This document shows positions 54,001 to 64,000 of a stretch of DNA of 64,000 nucleotides, piece by piece (the stretch's first letter is position 1; every line of letters begins with the position of its first letter). A program made the translations under genes and the position numbers. The notes beneath the pieces are model-generated. The model searched no databases. It saw only the letters and a list, made by a program, of their open reading frames with translations, and was not told where the DNA came from. Source of the DNA: Eledone cirrhosa. Taxonomy: Eukaryota. Location of the stretch: positions 3,534,001-3,598,000 of the forward strand of contig OZ024747.1 in the NCBI GenBank assembly GCA_964016885.1, given 5' to 3'.

Positions 54001-54783
54001 TGTGTGTCTGTGTATATGTATGCATATGTATGTATATGTATGTATGTGTGCATGTCTGTGTGTGTATGTCTATATGTGTGTATGTCTATATATGTGTGTG
54101 TATGTCTATATAAGTATGTGTCTGCATGTGTATGTTTTTGTGTGAGTGTGTAAGTGTGTATGTGCATGTGTGTGTATGTGTACGTGTGTATGTGCGTGTG
54201 TAAGTGTGTATGTGTATGTCAGTGTAATACAAGTGTGTATGTGTGTGTATGTGTAATACAAGTGTGTATGCATGTGTGTATGTATATGTAAGTGTAATAC
54301 AAGTGTGTATGCATGTGTACATGTGTATGTGTATGTAATACAAGTGTGTATGTGTGTGTATGTGTATGTAATACAAGTGTGTGTGTATGTGTATGTAATA
54401 CAAGTGTGTATGTGTGTGTGATTGTGTATGTAATACAAGTGTGTATGTGTGTGTATGTGTATGTAATACAAGTATGTATGTGTATATTCCCTTCCTATTT
54501 TCCTCCACTAAATCACAAACGAACAAAAAGACAAGTTTTCAGAAAGAAAAAATATAAAATTGATAGGAAAAGGAACATAATTTTAATGTTTTTTATTTAC
54601 TTTATATTACACAGTATTTATTTATTTTATATTTACCTTTGTTGTTGTTGTTGTATAGTTTCTTCTATTTATATTACTAAAAAAATAATTTATTTTTGTT
54701 ACTGTTATCATTATTGTTGTTTGTTGTTGTTGTTGTTACTTTTGTAAAATTCAAATGGTGAAACTGTTTAAATCAAACTAAAC

Positions 54784-54852
<69 letters not shown>

Positions 54853-55285
54853 AGGGAGAGAGAGAGAGAGAGAGAGAAATGTATAGATAGACAGAGAGCA
54901 AGAGAGAAGGAGAGGGTAAAGAAAGAGAGGAAGAAGAAAGAGAGGAAGGAGAGAAAGAGAAACACGAGAAAAGATAGAAGAACAAATATGTGAATAAAAC
55001 AAAATAAAATGAGAAGAAATATAAAAAAAAATGAATAAATAAACAAATTAAAGTTTTTTAAAAATATAATAAAAATAAAACAAAAGTAAAATTCTAAAAA
55101 ATAAAACAAAAGTAAAAAATCATGTGAAGATAAAGGTAGAAGAGAAGCAATTGTTATCTGTGAAATATTCTCCAAGGTATTTTGTCAATATTCAAAAGTT
55201 TTTGGTAATTATATAGTATTAGGTTCTCCAACAACAATAAACTGAGGAAAACCTGCTTCAGGTTGTAAATAGATAACAAAAGAAG

Positions 55286-55848
<563 letters not shown>

Positions 55849-56596
55849 ATAGAAATTTAAGATGGAAGAAAGGGTGAGAAAGAGAGAATAAGAGAAAAAA
55901 GATAGAGTTACATTTTGATAGACTGTAGAAAGAAAGGGGAGGAATATGGATGATTGATATATATATATATATATATACACATACATACATACATATATAC
56001 ATATATGATGATGATGATGGCTGCCCCCTCGTTATCGAGTATGGTCATTGCACGATATACCATTATTAATAATTATCAATTAATTCTATCGTGCAATGCC
56101 TGTGCGTGAAGATATTTTTTAAAGTGAAGAAAGACTGTGCACTGAGCCAATCCCACTCTCTGAGCGACAGTAGCTATAACTCGAAAAGAAGAAAAGATCA
56201 ACATCATTGGTAACTACTGAGTTGCAGGTTTTATGTCGGAGTTATCCCAGTTTCCTGAGTTGTCTTCTCCTAGAAGAATGCCCAGACAAAGGCATATACA
56301 CATATACACATATACACATATATACATATATATATATACATATATATATACTCACCTCACACAAACACTGTGAAAGGGAGAGAGAGGGGAGGGAGGTAAA
56401 GAAAGAGAGGGAGGAAGTAAAAGAGAGAGAGTGTGTATGTGTGACGTGAGTATATATATATGCAGAGGTTATATTTAATTTGTTGGGATTCAACAAGCTT
56501 AAACATTTTTATAACTGATATAAAGCACTCAACAGATAAGTGGAGTAAATATTCAATATATTAATAAATGGAAACTATATTTATAAAACCATATTT

Positions 56597-56660
56597 ATTT
56601 TATTATACATATTTCAAGGGCAACCAAGGCAAATTATGGTGCGCTTTCATCAGATAAAAT
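56597..56660 (-). ncRNA. Type-I hammerhead ribozyme (family B, inverted arm)
   Basis: Inverted near-identical copy of 56993-57056. Confidence 0.7.
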
Positions 56661-56992
56661 ACAGATTTGTTTTATAAATAAATATTGACATACCCGGAAA
56701 AAAAAACAACCTTAACGGTTGGAGCTTCCTCGATAGCTATCCAGGAAGCTCCAACCGTTGTATCTAGGTATGTGTGTGTGTATATATATATATATATATA
56801 ACGTCTGTGGTGTCAAGACTGCGGAGACCATAAATCAGGATAATATATATATATATGCAGAGGTTATATTTAAATTAGGTTAAAGAGGTTTTAGAGGTTA
56901 TATTTAATTTAGGCCACTATCCAGGAAGCTCCAACCGTTAAGGTTGTCTTTTTTTCCGGGTATGTCAATATTTATTTATAAAACAAATCTGT

Positions 56993-57056
56993 ATTTTATC
57001 TGATGAAAGCACACCATAATTTGCCTTGGTTGCCCTTGAAATATGTATAATAAAAT
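56993..57056 (+). ncRNA. Type-I hammerhead ribozyme (family B)
   Basis: ATTTTAT-CTGATGA-AAG...ACCA/TGGT...CTT-GAAAT-atgt-ATA|ATAAAAT; 7-bp stem I. Confidence 0.75.
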
Positions 57057-57198
57057 AATTATAGTTTCCATTCATTAATATATTGTATATATATATATAT
57101 ATAATAGAGTATATGTTGCTACATGCACAAGGTGCTAAGGGACACATGTATTGTCCAACCATATGCCAATGTGGTTCAAATTCTCCGAATGAAAAGAT

Positions 57199-57280
57199 CC
57201 TTCTGACGAGAGTTTATCTTTGCAACGGATGCCGTATGGACTCCGTTTAGTTTTGAGACTCGAAACCGATTCGGTAAAGG
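57199..57280 (+). ncRNA. Type-I hammerhead ribozyme (family C), complete stems
   Basis: CCTT-CTGACGA-GAGTTT...(AACGGA/TCCGTT)...AGACTC-GAAA-CCG-att-CGG-TA|AAGG. All three stems and the full core are present; predicted cleavage after GUA at 57276. Confidence 0.85.
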
Positions 57281-57348
57281 TAACCATAGTAACTAAAGTT
57301 AATTTTTTAAAATTTATTTTGAAAGTTTTTCTTATTTGCTAAACCTTG

Positions 57349-57387
<39 letters not shown>

Positions 57388-58230
57388 GTGTACTTAAATA
57401 TTTAACTTTGAAAAAATATATGTGAATAAAATTGGAAAAATTTGATGCATGCATGAAAATGGAAGAGAGAGAGTGTATGTTACATTGTTATATACACATG
57501 TGGGTATATATCTATGTCAGTTGTGTGTGTGCTTGTGTGTGTCTGTGTGTGTCTGTGTGAGTGCGTGTGTATGTCAGTTGTGTTTGTGAGTGTGTGTGTC
57601 TGTGTGTTGTGTTTGTGAGTGTGCGTGTCTGTGTGAGTGTGTGTGTATGTCTGTGTGTGTTGTGTTGTCTGTCTGTGAGTATGTTATATGTTTATATACA
57701 TATGTTTGTATGTGTGTATATTTGTTGTTTTGGTGTGTGTGTGTTGAGTTGTGTGTGCATTGTGTTTTGTTTGCATATGTGTGTGTGTACCTTTATGTGT
57801 ATGTGTGAGGTGAGTAATTAGATGAGGTTGTGATATATTTGAGAAAGAAATCTAGGGTGAAAGAGAGACTGTTAGAGGGAGAGAGAGGGAGTAATAGAGA
57901 GATCGAGTGAAGAGGGAGGAAGGGGAGTGAGAGAGGGGGGGGGAGTTAAAAAGAGAGAGAGGAAAAAGGAGGAAGGAGGGAGGAGTGAGATTAGAGAGAG
58001 AGAGAGAGAAAGGAGAGTAAAATTAAGAGAAAGAGAATGTAGGAAAGAAAGAAAAGTGAAAGAGGGAGGTGGAGGAAGGGAGAATGAGGGAGTGGAAGGC
58101 AGAGGAGAAAAGATGGGAAGATAGAGAAAGAAGAGAGAGAGGGGGATTACAAAACCAGCTACTCCAGTACACTTACAGGTATCACCATCATCATCATCGT
58201 TTAATGTCTATCTTCCACGCTAGCATGGGT

Positions 58231-58557
58231 TATATATATATACATACATACATACATACATACATACATACATACATACACATATACATACATACATACA
58301 TACATACATACATACACATACATACATACATACATACATACATACATACATACATACATACACATACATACATACATACATACATACATACATACACATA
58401 TACATACATACATACATACATACATACATACATACATACATACATACATACACACACACACATACATACATACATACATACATACATACATACATACATA
58501 CATACATACATACATACATACATACATACATACATACATACACATATACATACATAC
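58231..58557. repeat. (TACA)n microsatellite
   Basis: Direct inspection. Confidence 0.95.
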
Positions 58558-59496
58558 TGTATATACATCTCACATGTGTGTATGAGTCAATGTTTGTAAG
58601 TTCTATTTATATATGTGTATGTATATTTCTGAAAGTGAGTGTATATATCTAAGTCAATCTCTGTGTGTATATGTATGTGTGTATGTGTGTGTGTTTTTAT
58701 GAATGTGTGTTTTTATGAATGTTTATATGTAAATGTGTCTATGTAAATATATGTTTAATGTGTGTTAGTGTGTGTGTTAATGTGTATATGTGTATATGTT
58801 AATATGTATGTTAATGTATATGTGTTAATGTGTATATGTGTATGTGTTAATGTATATGTATATGTGTATATCTCTTAATGTTAATGTATATGTGTTAATG
58901 TGTATATGTGTATGTGTTAATGTATATGTATATGTGTATATGTGTATATCTCTTAATGTTAATGTATATGTATATGTCTTAATGTATATGTGTATATGTA
59001 TTAATGTATATGTGTTAATGTGTGTGCTTTGTTGTGTTTCCCTTGAGAAACTTGATCAGAAAGTAGCAGGAGGACACAGATTAAAGAATGTAAAAACACA
59101 TCACTATAGAAATAAATTAACATAAGACAGCCCTGACAGGATCAGATAAAGTCTACTGCAGCTAGGCTTGTGATTTCAGTGCCATCAAATTCAGATGGTA
59201 CTCAAGAGATTCCTCTGGAAACAGTGGAACACAGGAGACAATGAAGAGAATGGTTTCATTTCAACATCATATTAGTTTAACAAATAGTAATTGTGAATAA
59301 GAGAGAATTTATCAGTGAAAACAGATGCAAACCTCTCATTGTGTCTAATAATTGACCAAACTTATAATGTTGTCACAGGAAATTTGCAGTTAGCCTTAAA
59401 GAAGTTTTCTATTTTTTCTATTTCAGATTTATTCAGTGTAATTCCTGTGAATGATTGAGTCACAGATTCAATATCCATTACAAGAAATATATAAAA

Positions 59497-61902
59497 ATGA
59501 TTGTGAAAATATATGTTGCACTTCTATTAAATACAATGTCATGTGGGTTTGATCTGTCATACCATCTAAAGGAGGCTCAGAGGCCAGGAACTTATGTCGG
59601 TGACCTTGCTACAGATACAAACCTCTTAGATAAAATTACTGTAAAGGACCGTAGTGCAATTTGGTTCAGTCAGCTTCACCAGAAACAGTCTGACAGCAAT
59701 TCCCAGTTGTTTAATGTCAGCAAATCGGGTGAAATTTATACAGCTCAAAGGCTGGATGCAGAATCACTATGTAAATACAACTCGCCCTGTTTTAAAATGG
59801 TGGATATTGCTGTACAGAATCAACTTGCTTTCATCAAAATACTTGAAATGAAAGTCACAATCGAAGATGTCAATGATAACTATCCTGAATTTCCCACAAG
59901 AGAGATAGTTCTTCAGTTTTCTGAAGCTGATAAGAAAGGGACAAGTAAACCGATTCCAAATGCTATTGACAGGGACGTTGGTGTTCTCAATTCCCAGATC
60001 AAATATCAGTTAAAAAAACAAGGAAGCGAACCATTCATCCTATCGATTGTTAAAAAAGTGGATGGTAGTGCTAAACTTGGAATTGTTTTAGAGCAAGGTG
60101 TTGATCGAGAGACAAAAGATAATTATGTTCTTCAAATTATCGCTGAAGATGAAGGATTGCCACCAAAGAGTAGCTTTCTAAATGTGAAAGTATTGATTGA
60201 AGATGAAAATGATAATTCTCCACTCTTTAACCAAAATATTTACAATATTTCTATAAATAACAACCATCAGAAAAATACGCCTATTGTACATTTAACTGCT
60301 AATGATTTAGACATTGATCAGAATGGTAATGTCTCTTACCATTTTGCTTCAAAGACATCAAAAAATGACCGAATTTATTTTAAATTAAATGAAGCCACTG
60401 GTGAAATATTTTTGCAAAAAAATCTTTTGCAAAAGGCCAAAAAGTTGTATAAGTTATTTGTTGAAGCTACTGATGGGGGAAGTCCTCCTTTAAGTTCCAC
60501 AGCCATTGTTCTAGTCTATGTCATCAACCAACAGAACAATGCTCCTGTTATAGATATGAACTTTATTTCTCGATCAAAAGAAAATAATGCAATGGTTTCT
60601 GAAGCAATCAAAGTTGGAGGATTCATTGCATTTGTTAAAGTCACAGATGAAGATGTTGGTAGGAACAGTGAAGTAACATGTGACCTTCAGCATGAAAAAC
60701 TTCAGCTAAGAAGCCTTGGAAAGAATAAATATCAAATAGTTGTAAAGAATTTAATTAACAGAGAAACAGAAAACTATATTGAAAGTACAATATTTTGTGA
60801 AGACAAAGGATCTCCTCCTTTAAGAACTGAGAGAAAGTTTTCTATCAAAGTAAAGGATGTCAATGACATACAGCCTCAGTTTACCAAAGATTTATTCAAA
60901 TTCTTGACCTATGAAAATGAAGAACAAAATTTTCCTGTAGGTTTTGTCAATGCTACAGATGAGGATTTGGGACCTGGAGGTCAGCTGAGTTTTTCTTTAT
61001 TTAATGAAAGAAGTATCATTTTACCTTTTAAGATTTCTGATTTTGGATTCATTTCTGCAACTCAATCTTTGGATAGAGAGCGACAGGATATCTACAAATT
61101 TAAAGTTTTAGTTAAAGACAATGGAAAACCTTCTCTTAACAACACAGCTAATGTTATCGTTGAAATTATGGATAAAAATGATAACACTCCTTATTTTACA
61201 TTTCCTAGTGTTAACCCTTTCAATCTAGATGTCCATTACCATCCTCAGAGTAAGAGTGACATTACAACATTAAGAGCTTCTGACAGAGATAGCCATGTAA
61301 ATTCATTTCTCAGCTATGAAATACTTGGAGGCAATGATAAACAGCTATTTAAAGTTAACCCTTACACAGGAGTGTTGTCTTTCTCTCGTACTGTTTACCA
61401 AAATGATGCTGGATCATATAATCTAAAATTAGCTGTCAAAGACAGTGGTACACCAGTTTTATCAGCCACAACTACATTGTCTTTGACACTAACTGTTAGT
61501 AATACAACAGCCAGGATGTACACATCTGAGGACACAGAATCAGACAACAGAATACATATTAATTTGATGATTATTATAGTAGTAGCAGCAGTGATAGTTT
61601 CTGTTGCTATTGTAGTTTCTGTGATTGTATGTATAATTCATAAAAGAAATCAAAAGGAGAGTCATTATGGTGCTGCCCAAGACTATGTTGGTGAAAGACG
61701 GCCATCGGGATATGTTTGTGAACAAGACTCTCCAAAATATGATGTTCCTGTTGCAATTTTATCGGATCCAAAACAACAAGCAAGAAATACTCAAGCAAAT
61801 CTGATCAGACATGCTTGTCAACCTGATTATAATCCAGGACAAAGTTGGAAAGGATCTTCCCCTCATATTCAAGTTCAAAACAGAACAGCTGACTCAAGGC
61901 AG
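59497..61902 (+). CDS. Protocadherin gene 2, large coding exon (signal peptide, EC1-EC6, TM, juxtamembrane tail); 3' exons not resolved
   Basis: Paralog of gene 1 (DVNDNYPEF, VDRE, DENDNSPLF, DVNDIQPQF, LDRE, DKNDNTPYF, same TM). Acceptor ttttttctatttcAG ends at 59426; ATG in aaaATG context at 59497. Phase-0 donor CAG|GTAAGT at 61902/61903, homologous to the gene 1 donor. Confidence 0.95.
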
Positions 61903-61949
61903 GTAAGTGCTTTTAGCATTTCTTCAAATCACTTTTCCTTGTTCTAGAA

Positions 61950-62113
61950 CAGATATGGCAACCTTTCTCAAGCAGTGGCCACATAGGATCTGGCTTATCA
62001 TATGGCAGGCTACAATACTAAAAAATATCCAAGGTAATTTTCAAATGAGGTGTGCTATTTAGGAAGCCAAAGGGGCCCCATGTGGCAGAAGGACCCCAGT
62101 TTGCCCATGACTG
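61950..62113. mobile_element. hAT (Charlie-like) MITE
   Basis: Termini CAGATATGGCAACCT and AGTTTGCCCATGACTG; 8-bp TSD TTCTAGAA/TTCTAGAG. Confidence 0.6.
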
Positions 62114-64000
62114 TTCTAGAGGTTGAGTAGGTATGTCTCTATTGATTGATATAATGTCTTTTATGATGCTAAAACTCTGTGACATTAGTTAAGTGACTCA
62201 TCACAAATTATGAAAACTGTCATTTGTTCTATTTTTTCAAATAATCATGTCTATTGTATTCCCACTATAACTATTATTATATCTAAAATAATAAAATTGT
62301 AACTAACCCCTAACAGAAGTCCCTTCTTGATTCCTATACATATAGTGTTATGTTATAAACTTTCTCCCTAAACCACATAAAGTAAGGTCTAATGCATGAG
62401 CTCAGCAGAGGATATTTAGTTTATGTAACAAAATACAAAGGAGAATGATGTTCAAAGAGTTTCTTTTACTTTCCCCAGGTTTGTGAAAGCATTTGTACTT
62501 AACGGTTAAATTAATATAAAGACTTGATAATAATAAATACGACAGGGAACAGTATCTCTTCATAAAACATATTTAGACTTTGATGGACTGGACTAGTCAG
62601 AGTTAGGGTTCTTTGCCAGAATCATGGTGCCATATCAGGGACACAACAGGACAGTGGTAAGTTGGCATCAATTCAACCAGCTGTGTCTTCCAACCTTTAC
62701 TAAACTCACTCCACATTTTACTCTCTAAAATAATGAAAATAAAAAAATTTTTTCACAGTCAAGTTAGTTAATGTCAGCAATTTTATTACAGTCACTTAGT
62801 AATATTATCCATATTATCCATCACTTAGTAATATTATCCATATATAACATGTTTATATACAATAAACATTTAAGTAGCTTTGATGCCAAAAACTATACTT
62901 TTTTGGTAACGAAACATTTTTTATTTTTATCTATTTTCCTCAGTGAATATATCACTGAATTTCCATTATGTTCTGGGAGTGTCATACAGTATTGTTTCAA
63001 GGTTTGTTAATTTTTCATCAGTGACATTCACTTGAAACTGGCCTGAAATAGACTAGAGTCAATGTAGAATTTTGCGTGATGTTTGCTTACTGGAGATGTT
63101 CATTTGCATATAGCAAACAGAAAACATCGGCTGGAGATGTTCATTTACATATCATCATCAGTTGTTGATTCTGGGAAAATAAGTACATCAGAATCTCCAT
63201 GACTCTAGTAGTTGTAAAGTTCTGATAAGTATTTGGTCCCCCCCTTCATATTGTCTTCACTATCCATGAGGAGGTTTACCTTGTCTGTCCAGCTAAGTTT
63301 CAGCTTATGGGGTTTCATCAAATATTTCAATAGTTAGAAGACCCTTTCTTTGATTTTGGGGGATCGTGTTTCAAAACCCTCTTTTTATTTCTTCTTTTTT
63401 TTTGGTCTTTTCGTCTCTTTTCTGGTATGTGGGATTGTGAAAATATTATCTCTCTGTAGTTAATGTTATATAAGTTCATCTATAAACAGATACCAAAAAC
63501 TAAAATACATATATACATATGACATACTACTAATAGAAATATTTAACCCTTTAGCATTTACATTACTCTATATATGCTATTGTATTTTTGCATTAAAGGC
63601 TTTATCTCACATAATTATCTCACATAATATCGAATCTATGAGATTTTTATATGATTTATTTTGAGAACAATACCTTAACATCAGTATGAGGAGCGGGTTG
63701 GGGCTAGTTTGAACAGAAAGAGATGAGAGAATTCAGGCCGAATATGGCCAGTTTAAATTGGTAAAAATCCAAAAAGTCATGGCAGCTAAACAACATATTA
63801 TATTTCGACAGTACGGTTTTGAAATTCTCATGAATGGAGAATATATTTATGAAGTTTTAATATTTTGATATTTAAAATGTTTTAAGAGTCATAATGATTT
63901 TTTTACCAATTTCCAACAGGTTTAAGGCCATATACCTTCAAAACAGATAAAATCAAGAGAAATTTCACCTCTAAAGTGAAACTGTTGTAATATTCACCTT

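Larger units (their letters stand above)
56461..57087. mobile_element. Rearranged fold-back Penelope-like pLTR element (family B)
   Basis: 56461-56735 is homologous to 22240-22525 in reverse. Inverted partial copy at 56917-57087, internal palindrome at 56714-56759, reiterated terminal fragments at 56857-56913. Confidence 0.7.

Noticed and set aside
59455-59496. N-terminal extension of gene 2 in the ORF track
   Set aside because: Starts at TTG; the ATG at 59497 aligns with the gene 1 start and signal peptide.
63543-63765. TTAA-CCCTTT-starting MITE
   Set aside because: The right terminal repeat is too degraded to confirm.
63911-64000. Candidate second coding exon of gene 2 (ttccaacAG at 63919; aaacAG at 63946)
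   Set aside because: In the required phase 0, both hit stops quickly (V*; IKSREISPLK*). The acceptor at 62478 likewise gives VCESICT*. The true exon probably lies beyond the window.

Overview
AT-rich, microsatellite-saturated animal genomic DNA, most likely a coleoid cephalopod (octopus) protocadherin cluster; the taxon is inferred from gene structure and repeat content. It holds two head-to-tail + strand protocadherin genes. Gene 1 is complete: three coding exons (7159-9537, 10470-10632, 19705-19967) giving about 934 aa with 6 EC repeats, a TM segment and its own cytoplasmic tail. Gene 2 shows its large ectodomain exon (59497-61902) and a probable non-coding first exon near 41.8 kb; its 3' exons are not resolved in the window. 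The two paralogs diverge N-terminally but share a 202-bp perfectly identical EC6-TM tract, which points to gene conversion. A strong CTCF-type core motif lies between the genes. The non-coding space contains SINEs, RTE/CRE/Tx1 LINE fragments and MITEs. It also contains several families of (TA)n-embedded Penelope-like fold-back elements carrying about a dozen type-I hammerhead ribozyme motifs, some with compensatory base changes and some sense to the protocadherin pre-mRNAs. Almost all other ORFs in the track are microsatellite artefacts.
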